49,209 bases of DNA, taken from assembly GCA_038243415.1 (NCBI GenBank), contig JBBSRD010000001.1, forward strand, positions 1-49,209. The letters are read 5' to 3'. Within the stretch, counting starts at the first letter, position 1, and each line of letters opens with the position of its first letter. The DNA comes from Actinomycetales bacterium. Its GTDB lineage: Bacteria > Actinomycetota > Actinomycetes > Actinomycetales > Quadrisphaeraceae. Position numbers and translations under genes: made by a program. Positions 34,254-42,836 of the stretch are shown piece after piece. The notes beneath the pieces are model-generated. The model did not search any database, was not told where the DNA came from, and worked only from the letters and a program-made list of their open reading frames with translations.

Positions 34254-35072
34254 TCAGGTCGGCGGCGGCGGTCGGACCGGGTTGAGGGTCAGCAGGGGGG
34301 TGAGCGCCCCGGGGTCGTCGTGGGCGAGGTGGACCTCGAAGCGGCTGCGATCGCCGCGGTGGTAGGCCCTGAAGTGCTCCACCGGGTGGCCGTCGGCCCG
34401 GTAGCCGACGCTGCTGAGCAGCAGCAGCGGGGCGGTGGGCGCCACGCCCAGGGCGCGGGTCACGTCGCTGCTGCCGTGGCGGGCCTCGATGATCCGCCTG
34501 CCCTGGGCGGGACGCTGGCCGAGGGAGGCCATCAGCGCGTAGAGCGAGCCTCTCTCGAGGTCGAAGTCCCTCAGCGCGGGCATCAGGTCGGCGTGGAGGT
34601 AGGTCGAGACCAGCACCCAAGGCTCGCCGTCGACGAGGCGCAGCCGCTCCAGGAGCACGACGTCGCTGCTGTTCGCGACGTCCAGCGCCGCGGCCACGGG
34701 CGGGTCGGCGGGCACCAGCTCCAGGCGGCGGACACGGCTGACCAGCGGCAGGCCGAGGCTGGCCATGTCCTCGAACTGCCCGGTCAGGGACTGCACCAGG
34801 CCCTGGGGCGGGCGCGGCTGGGCCACGAACGTCCCCCTCCCCTTGGCGCGCTCGATGAGCCCCGCGTGCTCGAGGTCGACGAGCGACTGCCGCACCACGG
34901 TCCGTGAGACGCCGTACTGCTCGCACAGGCGCAGCTCACCGGGCAGCGCGTCCCCGGGCACCAGCGCTCCGCCGTCGATGAGGGCCCGCAGGGCCAGCTG
35001 GAGCTGGTGGTGGAGAGGCACCCACGAGGAGCGGTCCAGCGGCTGGGCCTCCTGGGGGAGGGGTGGCGCCAT
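34254..35072 (-). CDS. GntR-family transcriptional regulator, HutC subfamily (UTRA effector domain)
   Basis: The internal ATG at 35072 lies inside listed ORF 34254..35123. LPGELRLCEQYGVSRTVVRQSLVDLEHAGLIERAKGRGTFV, followed by a UTRA-like C-terminal half. Confidence 0.9.
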   Translation of the reverse strand: MAPPLPQEAQPLDRSSWVPLHHQLQLALRALIDGGALVPGDALPGELRLCEQYGVSRTVVRQSLVDLEHAGLIERAKGRGTFVAQPRPPQGLVQSLTGQFEDMASLGLPLVSRVRRLELVPADPPVAAALDVANSSDVVLLERLRLVDGEPWVLVSTYLHADLMPALRDFDLERGSLYALMASLGQRPAQGRRIIEARHGSSDVTRALGVAPTAPLLLLSSVGYRADGHPVEHFRAYHRGDRSRFEVHLAHDDPGALTPLLTLNPVRPPPPT

Positions 35073-35115
35073 GCCGGTCTCCTCGATTCCTCTCCGGCGG
35101 CGCCGGAGACTTGCA

Positions 35116-35135
35116 CTTGTCATGACAGGATGTCA
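35116..35135. promoter_or_regulatory. Operator copy 2: CTTGTCATGACAGGATGTCA, in the divergent GntR / FGGY-kinase intergenic region
   Basis: Identical 20-mer to 28516..28535. It lies between the GntR start (35072, minus) and the kinase start (35201, plus). Confidence 0.6.
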
Positions 35136-35200
35136 GGATACCGACCCGTCGGGTCAATGAGCGATCCGACCGTGCTGACGTCGGTCAGGAAGGGGTCGCA

Positions 35201-36724
35201 GTGCTCCTCGCCCACGATCTCGGCACCACCGGTGACAAGGCGTCGCTCCACGACGACGACGGCGCCCTGGTCGCTGCTGTCACCGAGACGTACCCCACCC
35301 GCTACGACCGCGGGGGCGTGGTCGAGCAGGATCCCGACCAGTGGTGGGCCGCGGTCTGCCGGGCCACCCGGCGCCTGCTGGCGAGCACGGGCACCAGCAA
35401 GGGTGACGTGAGGGCGATGGCGCTCTCCGGGCAGATGATGGGCGTGGTCCTCCTCGGCGCCGACCAGCGCCCGGTGCGGCCCTCGATCATCTGGGCCGAC
35501 ACCCGCAGCCACGCCCAGTGCGACCGGCTGGTCGAGGCGGTCGGCGAGCAGGAGGCCTACCGCACCCTGGGGCACCGGCTGAACCCGACCTACTCGCTGA
35601 GCAAGATCATGTGGGTGAGGGAGAACGAGCCCGAGGCCTTCGCCCGGGCGACCTCGTTCTGCCTGGCCAAGGACTACGTCGTCGCCCGCCTCACCGGCGT
35701 GGTCGCCACCGACCCCTCCGACGCCTCGTCGACCAACGCCTACGACCAGCGCGCCGGTGCGTGGTCGCCTCAGCTGCTCGCCGCCGCCGACCTGCCGTCC
35801 TCGCTCTTCCCCGAGGTGACGGCCTCGACCACGGTGGTCGGCCGCGTGCGCCCCGACGCCGCCGACGCCACGGGGCTGGCCGCCGGTACGCCCGTGGTGA
35901 TGGGCGGCGGCGACGGTCCGATGGCGGCGGTCGGTGCCGGCGTCATCGAGCCCGCGGACGGTGCCTACGTCTGCCTCGGGTCCTCCTCGTGGGTCTCGCT
36001 GAGCGCGAGGGAGCCGCTGCTGGACCTCCCGGCGATGCGCACCATGACGTTCGACCACGTGGTGCCCGGCTCCTTCGTGCCCACCGCCACGATGCAGGCC
36101 GGCGGCGCGGCGCTGACGTGGATCGCCGACCTGCTGGCCGGGCCGGAGGACGGGGCCCGCTTCGAGAGGCTCGTGAGCCGCGCCGGCGAGGTCGGCGCCG
36201 CCGAGGACGACCTCTACTTCCTCCCGCACCTCATGGGCGAGCGGTCCCCGCACTGGAACCCCCGGGCCCGTGGCGCCTTCGTCGGGCTCGCCCGCCACCA
36301 CGACCAGGCCCACCTGACCCGTGCGGTGCTCGAGGGGGTGGCCTTCACCCTGGCCACCTGCATCGAGGCGTTCCGCGGTGCCGGCGTGAGCGTCGACCAG
36401 GTCGACGCGATCGGCGGCGGGGCCGCCTCGGACGTGTGGCTGCAGATCCTCGCCGACACCTGGGGCGCCACCGTGCGCCGGCGCAGCGTGGTCGAGGAGG
36501 CCAACAGCCTCGGCGCCGCGGTCACCGCCGGGGTGGGCGTCGGTCTGCTGGACTTCCCCGTGGCCCGCGACCTCAGCACGGTGGTCGCGGTCTTCGAGCC
36601 CGACCCTGGCGCCCACGAGGCCTCGCTGGCCCGCCACGCCCGCTTCACCGACGCCTACGGCCACCTCGAGCCGTGGTTCGACGCCGCACCCTCCTCGGCG
36701 CCCTCTCGCGCGGTGACGCCGTGA
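35201..36724 (+). CDS. FGGY-family carbohydrate kinase (xylulokinase-like)
   Basis: GTG start with AGGAAGGGG upstream. LLAHDLGTTGDKASL...IIWADTR...LPHLMGERSPHWNP...AIGGGAASDVWLQILAD. Confidence 0.9.
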   Translation: MLLAHDLGTTGDKASLHDDDGALVAAVTETYPTRYDRGGVVEQDPDQWWAAVCRATRRLLASTGTSKGDVRAMALSGQMMGVVLLGADQRPVRPSIIWADTRSHAQCDRLVEAVGEQEAYRTLGHRLNPTYSLSKIMWVRENEPEAFARATSFCLAKDYVVARLTGVVATDPSDASSTNAYDQRAGAWSPQLLAAADLPSSLFPEVTASTTVVGRVRPDAADATGLAAGTPVVMGGGDGPMAAVGAGVIEPADGAYVCLGSSSWVSLSAREPLLDLPAMRTMTFDHVVPGSFVPTATMQAGGAALTWIADLLAGPEDGARFERLVSRAGEVGAAEDDLYFLPHLMGERSPHWNPRARGAFVGLARHHDQAHLTRAVLEGVAFTLATCIEAFRGAGVSVDQVDAIGGGAASDVWLQILADTWGATVRRRSVVEEANSLGAAVTAGVGVGLLDFPVARDLSTVVAVFEPDPGAHEASLARHARFTDAYGHLEPWFDAAPSSAPSRAVTP

Positions 36725-37758
36725 GCGACGTCGTCCTGGTCACCACCCGGTCTTTCTCCTCCGGCGACGTCGACGTCGAGGCCCGGCTGGCCGAGGCCGG
36801 CCACGAGGTGGTGCGCGGGGACACCGCCCACGACCTCGACGCCCTGCGACCGGACCTGGCGCGGGCCACGGCGTGGATCGCCGGAGCCAAGGCCGTGACC
36901 GCCGACCACCTGGCCGCAGCGCCCCACCTGCGGGTGCTGGCGCGCTACGGCGTCGGGGTGGACGCCGTGGACCTGGCCGCCGCCGCGCGGGCGGGGATCA
37001 CGGTGACCAACACCCCCGGCGCCAACAGCGGGGCGGTCGCTGAGCACGCGCTGGCCCTGCTCCTCACGCTGCTGCGCCACGTGGTCGACGGGGACGCCGG
37101 GGTCCGCTCCGGGGACTGGTCGATCACGCGCACCCGTCAGCTCGCCTCGCTGACCGTCGGCGTGGTCGGGTTCGGTCGGATCGGCCGGCTGCTGACCGCC
37201 CACCTGGTCGCGCTGGGCGTCCGCGTGCTCGCCGCCGACCCCGTCGTGCCCGACGACGCGGTGCGGGCAGCCGGCGCGGAGCCCGTCGGCGCCGTCGAGA
37301 TCGCGGCCCGCTGCGACGCGGTGTCCCTGCACGCCCCCGGCGAGGCGGTGCTCGTCGACGCCGCGTGGCTCGCCCGGGCCCGCCCCGGGCTGATGGTCGT
37401 CAACACCGCGCGCGCCGCGCTCGTCGACGAGGGGGCCGTCGCGGCGTCGCTGCGGTCGGGGGTACTGGCCGCCTACGCCGCCGACGACGTGGGCGCCGGC
37501 GTCGGCGACGGGAGCGAGCCCGCCAGCCCGCTGCTCGCTCCCGATCTCGCCGGTCGCGTCGTGCTCACGCCGCACAGCGCCGCGCAGACGGTCGAGGCCG
37601 TCGACGGCATGGGCGTGGGCGCCGTCGACAACGTCCTCGCGGTGCTCGCCGGGCGTGAGCCGCTCAACCCCGTCGTCCCGGCACCAGCACCAGCACCAGC
37701 ACCGACGCCGTCAGCGCCGGTCGCGGGTCGGCCCCGAACCACCGGAGGCACGCCATGA
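36721..37758 (+). CDS. D-isomer-specific 2-hydroxyacid dehydrogenase family protein
   Basis: GTGA overlap with the upstream stop. VGVVGFGRIGRLL (NAD-binding), VNTARAALVDE, TPHSAAQT. The C-terminus has a PAPAPAPAPT tail. Confidence 0.85.
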   Translation: MSDVVLVTTRSFSSGDVDVEARLAEAGHEVVRGDTAHDLDALRPDLARATAWIAGAKAVTADHLAAAPHLRVLARYGVGVDAVDLAAAARAGITVTNTPGANSGAVAEHALALLLTLLRHVVDGDAGVRSGDWSITRTRQLASLTVGVVGFGRIGRLLTAHLVALGVRVLAADPVVPDDAVRAAGAEPVGAVEIAARCDAVSLHAPGEAVLVDAAWLARARPGLMVVNTARAALVDEGAVAASLRSGVLAAYAADDVGAGVGDGSEPASPLLAPDLAGRVVLTPHSAAQTVEAVDGMGVGAVDNVLAVLAGREPLNPVVPAPAPAPAPTPSAPVAGRPRTTGGTP

Positions 37759-38420
37759 CCGCACCGCCCACGCTGGAGACCCTGCGGGAGACGGCGATCG
37801 TCGCCGTGCTGCGCGCCCCCACCCCCGAGGCCGCGCTCGGCGCCGTGGACGCGCTGGTCGCCGGCGGGGTCACCGGCATCGAGGTCACCTACAGCACTCC
37901 CGACGCTCCCGCCGTCATCGCCGAGGTCGCCCGCCGCCACGGCGACGCGGTGATGCTCGGCGCCGGCACCGTGACCACCGCGGAGCAGGCCGACGAGGCC
38001 GTCCGCGCCGGCGCCGAGTTCCTCGTCAGCCCCGGCACCGTGCGCGAGGTGGCCGCGGCGATGAAGGAGACCGGGGTGACCATCATGCTCGGTGCGCTCA
38101 CGCCCAGCGAGGTGATGCTCGCCACCGCCCTGGGCGCCGACGTGGTGAAGATCTTCCCCGCGGTCCAGGGCGGCGTGGAGTTCCTCAAGGCGCTGAAGGG
38201 GCCCTTCCCCGACGTGCCGATGATGCCCACCGGCGGGGTCGACGCGGCCAACCTCGGGCAGTGGCTGAGCGCCGGCGCCGTGGCGGGCGGCGCCGGGAGC
38301 ACCCTCGTCCCCACCGCAGCGCTCGCCGCCGGGCGCTTCGAGGAGATCGAGGACGCGGCTCGGGCTTTCGTGGCGGCCCTCGCCGGGCACCGCGCGTCCG
38401 TGGCGGGGCGGCGGTCATGA
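37755..38420 (+). CDS. KDPG/KHG aldolase family protein
   Basis: ATGA overlap. IVAVLRAP...GVTGIEVTYSTPDA...GAGTV...VKIFPA...PTGGV. Confidence 0.85.
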   Translation: MTAPPTLETLRETAIVAVLRAPTPEAALGAVDALVAGGVTGIEVTYSTPDAPAVIAEVARRHGDAVMLGAGTVTTAEQADEAVRAGAEFLVSPGTVREVAAAMKETGVTIMLGALTPSEVMLATALGADVVKIFPAVQGGVEFLKALKGPFPDVPMMPTGGVDAANLGQWLSAGAVAGGAGSTLVPTAALAAGRFEEIEDAARAFVAALAGHRASVAGRRS

Positions 38421-39394
38421 GCCCGTCCGCCGCGTCCCCGTCCGCCGCGTCCCCGTCCGGCGGGTCGGACGCGACCGGTGACGGCACGTGCATGGTCTTC
38501 GTCGGCGTCAGCACCGGCGGGTCCTCGATCCGGCGGGTCTTCCCCTCGTGGGCGCGGGCCCTGGGCCTGCCGACCGACGTGCTGTCCGGACGTGACGTGC
38601 CGCTCGGTGCCTCCGACGAGGACTACCGGGCCCTGGTGATCTCGCTGCGCAACGACCCGAGCGTGCGCGGCGCGCTCGTGACGACCCACAAGGTCGGCGT
38701 TCACCGGGCCGCCGCCGACCTCTTCGACGAGCTGGACCCGCTGGCGCAGACCTTCGGGGAGATCAGCTCGATCTACCGCCGTGACGGCCGCTGGTGCGGC
38801 GCCGCCAAGGACCCGGTGACGGTGCGCCTGGCCCTGGAGGAGCTTCTCGCCCCCGACCACTTCGCCTCCACCGGCGGTGAAGCGCTGGTGCTCGGCTCCG
38901 GCGGCTCGGGGATGGCGCTGTCCCACCAGCTGGGGGAGCGCGGCGACGCCCCGACGCGCATCACCTGCACCGCGCTGCGCCAGGACCAGCTCGACCACGT
39001 GCGGGACCTCCACGAGCGCTCCGGCCTGGCCGGCGACCGGTACCGCTACGTGCTGACCCCCGAACCCACCGACGCCGACGCGCTGGTCGCCGCGCTGCCG
39101 CCGGCCTCGCTGGTGGCCAACGCGACCGGGCTCGGCAAGGACCGCCCCGGCTCGCCGCTCAGCGACGCCGTGGTCTTCCCGGAGCGAGGCCTGGTGTGGG
39201 AGTTCAACTACCGCGGCTCCCTCGAGATGCTCGCCCAGGCCCGCGCCCAGCGTGAGGAGCGGGACCTCGTGGTGGAGGACGGCTGGCGGTACTTCGTGCA
39301 CGGCTGGTCCTCGGTGGTGGCGGACGTCTTCGACGTCGCGATGCCGCACGAGCGCGTCGAGGAGCTCTCGGCGGTGGCCGCGAGGTCGCGGTGA
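38417..39394 (+). CDS. Shikimate/quinate dehydrogenase-like protein
   Basis: ATGA overlap. GALVTTHKV...ALVLGSGGSGMAL...FNYRGSLEML. The N-terminus carries a PSAAS-PSAAS tandem repeat. Confidence 0.65.
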   Translation: MSPSAASPSAASPSGGSDATGDGTCMVFVGVSTGGSSIRRVFPSWARALGLPTDVLSGRDVPLGASDEDYRALVISLRNDPSVRGALVTTHKVGVHRAAADLFDELDPLAQTFGEISSIYRRDGRWCGAAKDPVTVRLALEELLAPDHFASTGGEALVLGSGGSGMALSHQLGERGDAPTRITCTALRQDQLDHVRDLHERSGLAGDRYRYVLTPEPTDADALVAALPPASLVANATGLGKDRPGSPLSDAVVFPERGLVWEFNYRGSLEMLAQARAQREERDLVVEDGWRYFVHGWSSVVADVFDVAMPHERVEELSAVAARSR

Positions 39395-40446
39395 GCCCGT
39401 CACCGCCGACGCTGGCCCGCACCGTCCTGGGGGACGTGCCGGCGACCGCGCTCGGGGCGGTGGACTACCACGAGCACCTCTTCCAGGTCACGCCGCTGCT
39501 GCTCGGCGACGAGCTCGACGACGAGGCGGCCTCCACCGCGGAGGCGGCGTCGCTGGTCGGCTCGGGGTTCACCGCGATGGTCGACGCGACCCCGGTCGGT
39601 CTCGGCCGTGACCCCGAGGCGCTCGCTCGGGCCAGCGCCGCGTCGGGCCTCGCCGTCGTGGCCACGACCGGTGCCCACCGCGAGGCGCACCACGGCTCGA
39701 GCCACTGGCTGCTGGACGCGAGCGTCGAGACCCTCGCCGAGCGCTTCGTCGCGGAGCTGGACCTGGGCATGCCCGTCGTCGACGGTCCACGGGACCAGGT
39801 GGCGCTGGCACGGGGGCCGGGCGGTGGGCCGGTGCGCGCCGGCATGCTCAAGGCGGGCATCGGGTACTGGTCGATCACCGCCTTCGAGCGGCGCGTGCTC
39901 GAGGCGGTGGCCGTCGCGCACCGGTCGACCGGGGCGCCGGTGATGGTCCACACCGAGCACGCCTCGGCCACCCACGAGGTCCTCGACCTCTTGGCCGCCG
40001 ACGGCGTCGAGGAGAGCGCGGTGGTGCTCGCCCACGTGGACCGCAACCCTGATCCCGGGCTGCACGCCGAGCTGGCGGCCCGCGGTGCCTACCTGGGCTA
40101 CGACGGCCCGGCCCGCCACCGCGAGCACCCCGACGCGGTGCTGCTGGACTGCTTGGCCGCTGCCGCGTCGCGGGGGGCCTCCGCGCGGATCGTGCTGGGA
40201 GGGGACGTGGCGCGCGCCACGCGCTATCGGCACTACCAGCCCCGCAGGCCCGAGGATCCCGTGGCCGGGCGCCCTGGGCTCGCCTACCTGGGGGAGCGGT
40301 TCGTGCCGCGCCTCGCCGCCCTCGGCGAGGAGCTGTGCGAGGCGGTGCTGAGGGACAACCCGCAGCGGCTCCTCGGTCGGTTCCGGTCCGACGCCACAGG
40401 CACCACCGTTGCCACCGACGCGCCACCGACCGGGGAGGCCCCGTGA
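39391..40446 (+). CDS. Phosphotriesterase-homology (PTE/Php-like amidohydrolase) protein, probable lactonase
   Basis: GTGA overlap. GAVDYHEHLF (HxH metal motif)...MLKAGIGYW...VMVHTEH...LAHVD...VLGGDVA. Confidence 0.8.
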   Translation: MSPSPPTLARTVLGDVPATALGAVDYHEHLFQVTPLLLGDELDDEAASTAEAASLVGSGFTAMVDATPVGLGRDPEALARASAASGLAVVATTGAHREAHHGSSHWLLDASVETLAERFVAELDLGMPVVDGPRDQVALARGPGGGPVRAGMLKAGIGYWSITAFERRVLEAVAVAHRSTGAPVMVHTEHASATHEVLDLLAADGVEESAVVLAHVDRNPDPGLHAELAARGAYLGYDGPARHREHPDAVLLDCLAAAASRGASARIVLGGDVARATRYRHYQPRRPEDPVAGRPGLAYLGERFVPRLAALGEELCEAVLRDNPQRLLGRFRSDATGTTVATDAPPTGEAP

Positions 40447-41486
40447 GGGCCGTCGTGTACGACCGCCCCGGATCGTTCGGGATCACCGAGGTGCCCGACC
40501 CGCACCCGGGCCGGGACGAGGTGCGCCTGCGGGTGCTCCTCGCCGGGGTCTGCGGCACCGACGTGACGCTCCACGGGGGTGGCTTCGACCCTGTGTACCC
40601 CCTGACGCCCGGCCACGAGGTCGTCGGGGAGGTGGACGAGGTGGGCTCCGGCGTCGACACCCTGGAGGTGGGGCAGCGGGTCGCCCTCGACAACCAGGTC
40701 CCGTGCGGTCTCTGCCGGATGTGTCAGCGCGGTGTGCCGGTCCAGTGCGTCCGCCTCGTCGCGCAGGGCGTCAGCGTCCCCGGGGGCTTCGCCGAGCACG
40801 TCGTCGCCCTCGCCGCCAAGTGCCACCCCGTCGACGACCTGGAGCCGGAGCTCGCGGTCCTCGCCGAGCCCACCGCGTGCGTGGTGCACGGTCTCGACCT
40901 GCTCGCGCTGCGACCCGGCAGCGACGTCCTGGTGCTCGGCGCGGGTCCCACCGGTCTGATCCTCACCCAGCTGCTGCGGGCCGCCGGCGCGTTCAGCGTC
41001 ACGGTGGCCGCACCGACCCCCTCGAAGCTCACGCTCGCCGCCCGGCTCGGTGCGGACGCCACGGTGCTGCTGGACCGCGACCGCCCGGAAGAGACGGTCG
41101 AGCGCCTCGGCGGTCCCGCCGACCCTCGCGGCGACAGCGGGTTCGACGTCGTGATCGACGCGACCGGGGCGGCGCAGGTCCTCCAGCAGACCATCGCGCT
41201 GACCCGGACCCGCGGGACGGTCTTCGTCTACGGGATGCCGCACGAGGGGGACCGGTGGGCCGTCCCGGCGCACGACGTCTTCCGTCGGGAGCTGACCATC
41301 AAGGGCTCGTGCTCCCAGCTCAACACGTTCGACCGGGCCGTCCGGGCGCTGCGGACCGGCCGCGTGCGGGTGGACGGGATGATCACCCACCGCTTCCCCC
41401 TGGAGGACTACGGGGCGGCGCTCGCGGCGGTCGGCGACCATGCGTGCGTCAAGGCGGTCGTGGCGCCACCTTTTGATGCCTCGTGA
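40443..41486 (+). CDS. Zinc-dependent medium-chain alcohol/polyol dehydrogenase
   Basis: GTGA overlap. GVCGTDV..H...PGHEVVGEV...CGLCRMCQRG...VLGAGPTGL. Confidence 0.9.
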   Translation: MRAVVYDRPGSFGITEVPDPHPGRDEVRLRVLLAGVCGTDVTLHGGGFDPVYPLTPGHEVVGEVDEVGSGVDTLEVGQRVALDNQVPCGLCRMCQRGVPVQCVRLVAQGVSVPGGFAEHVVALAAKCHPVDDLEPELAVLAEPTACVVHGLDLLALRPGSDVLVLGAGPTGLILTQLLRAAGAFSVTVAAPTPSKLTLAARLGADATVLLDRDRPEETVERLGGPADPRGDSGFDVVIDATGAAQVLQQTIALTRTRGTVFVYGMPHEGDRWAVPAHDVFRRELTIKGSCSQLNTFDRAVRALRTGRVRVDGMITHRFPLEDYGAALAAVGDHACVKAVVAPPFDAS

Positions 41487-42129
41487 TGATCGTGTCCATG
41501 GAACCATGACCAGCGTCGATCCAGGCGGACGGGTGCAGTTCACGGAAGACCTCAGACCATCGACGAGCAGCGGCACCAGTACCTGTCAGCCGCCACTGGC
41601 CACGGAAGACCGTGCGATCTCCACGCTTGCGACCTTGGCGCAGCATCCGAGGCTGCCGACCTGCTGAATGGATCTCGATGATCGAGAGTAAGCCTTTCTC
41701 GGTAGGCTTTCTCCATACGTGTCAGGACGAGGGCTGCGGCGGCTATGGCGCCGATGCGGTGGGGGTCGAGGGTGACGTGCTCGAGGGCGCGCCAGCGGAT
41801 CTTGAGCACGGAGATCGCTCGCTCGACCGGGGCGTGGTAGGTGTTGATGGAGGAGTTCCAACCGGTGGCGGCTGGATCGAGCTCGGCGCCGTCGCGGCGG
41901 CGTCGGACGGGGACTCGGATGCCAGCGCCGGCGCTGGTGTAGCCCTTGTCGGCGAGGACTGGCAGCCCGCGGACGGCGGCGGGGTAGAGCGCTGGGAGGG
42001 CGTGGCGGCGTGCTGAGGTGAGGTCGTGGGTGGAGCCGGGCTCGACCGGGGAGGTCCAGATCGGCCAGCCGTCGGGGGTGGAGATGAACTGGATGTTGGC
42101 GCCGTGGCGGCGGTGCTTGCTGGAGTACC

Positions 42130-42158
42130 ATCCCCCGCAAACGGGAGGTACCCCCAGG
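42130..42158. repeat. Palindromic element copy B: TCCCCCGCAAACGGGAGGTACCCCCAGGT
   Basis: Read directly. It matches copy A at 26 of 29 positions. It lies in frame inside the transposase, encoding LGVPPVCGG on the minus strand. Confidence 0.6.
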
Positions 42159-42317
42159 TCAACGGCGCGCTCGGGGTCGTGGACGCGGTCGGTGGCGATC
42201 AGCGTGCCGTCCAGCAGCAGGTGCTGCAGCCCGTCGTTGCTGGCGTCGGCGATGACGTCGTGGAGGTCAGGGGCTTGGTCGGCGAGGACGTCGATGCCCT
42301 CGTGGACGTAGCGGCAC

Positions 42318-42345
42318 TCCCCCGCGAGCGGGGGTACCCCCAGGT
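42318..42345. repeat. Palindromic element copy A: TCCCCCGCGAGCGGGGGTACCCCCAGGT
   Basis: Contains CCCCCG-CGAG-CGGGGG and the palindrome GGGGGTACCCCC. It is one nucleotide shorter than copy B and coincides with the transposase frameshift. Confidence 0.6.
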
Positions 42346-42836
42346 GGCCAGGGAGATGCCTGTGTCGCGGGCCAGGGCGGCGATGCGGGTGGCGTCGCGG
42401 AAGAACCGCAAGATCAGCACGGCCTGGGTCCAGCAGGTCAGCCCCCGCGTGTGCCTGCGGGTGCGCAGTCGTCGCCGGTTGGCTGAGAGCAGGCGCGCCA
42501 AGGCGGTGGCGAGGTCACGGGAGACGTCGAGGATGGCAGAGTAGGAGACTGCGCGGGGCCTTCGGTGTGGTCGGTCAGATCCTGGTAGTGACGATCTTCC
42601 CACCGCTGGTCCCGCGTGCCCCGCCAAAACCGTGCTCATCGTCGAGCGGAGGTCACCTCAGCGTTGCTGAGAAAGGCTCACTGACATGGACCAGGAGAGA
42701 AGCACAAGGTGTCCGGCGAGAAGATCGCCCCTCGACATCTGTGATCGTGGTTCGGCGATCGAGCACCATGATCGACAAAGATCATACGAGAGGCATGACC
42801 GACCTCTTCGCCGTCGATGTGGGGCTGCAGGCTCGA

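Larger units (their letters stand above)
41699..42639 (-). pseudogene. Transposase pseudogene (one frameshift; stop codon inside the IR lost)
   Basis: N-terminal frame: SAILDVSRDL...LTCWTQAVLILRFFRDATRIAALARDTGISLAT. After a shift near 42318-42345 it continues as CRYVHEGIDVLADQAPDLHDVI...LLLDGTLIATDR...WYSSKHRRHGANIQ...STHDLTSAR...LADKGYTSAG...APVERAISVLKIRWRAL. The codon at 41699-41701 is CGA, where the other IR has TGA, so the frame reads out of the IS to 41552. Confidence 0.7.
41684..42685 (-). mobile_element. Decayed insertion sequence of the DDE_Tnp_4 (Harbinger/IS5-like) transposase type, ~1 kb
   Basis: Imperfect terminal inverted repeats: GAGAGTAAGCCTTTCTCGG (41684-41702) versus the reverse complement of CTGAGAAAGGCTCACTGAC (42667-42685), matching at 15 of 19 positions. 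They enclose a single disrupted transposase frame. No clear target-site duplication was seen. Confidence 0.7.

Noticed and set aside
4046-38459. Short in-frame tandem repeats: an 18-nt x2 repeat in the kinase C-terminus (4046-4081, AGTVEPAGTV); (GCACCA)n at 37681-37703 (PAPAPAPAP tail of the 2-hydroxyacid dehydrogenase); and a 15-nt x2.5 repeat at 38422-38459 (PSAAS-PSAAS). These were considered as phase-variation switches.
   Set aside because: All units are multiples of three and lie in terminal, probably disordered tails. Slippage would change length but not frame, so there is no evidence for a regulatory role.
41487-41683. A frame between the ADH stop and the IS end reading …TIDEQRHQYLSAATGHGRPCDLHACDLGAASEAADLLNGSR, reminiscent of an HTH N-terminus of another transposase or regulator cut by the IS.
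   Set aside because: The resemblance is weak, there is no start codon, and it is only ~50 residues long. It cannot be separated from chance in this composition.
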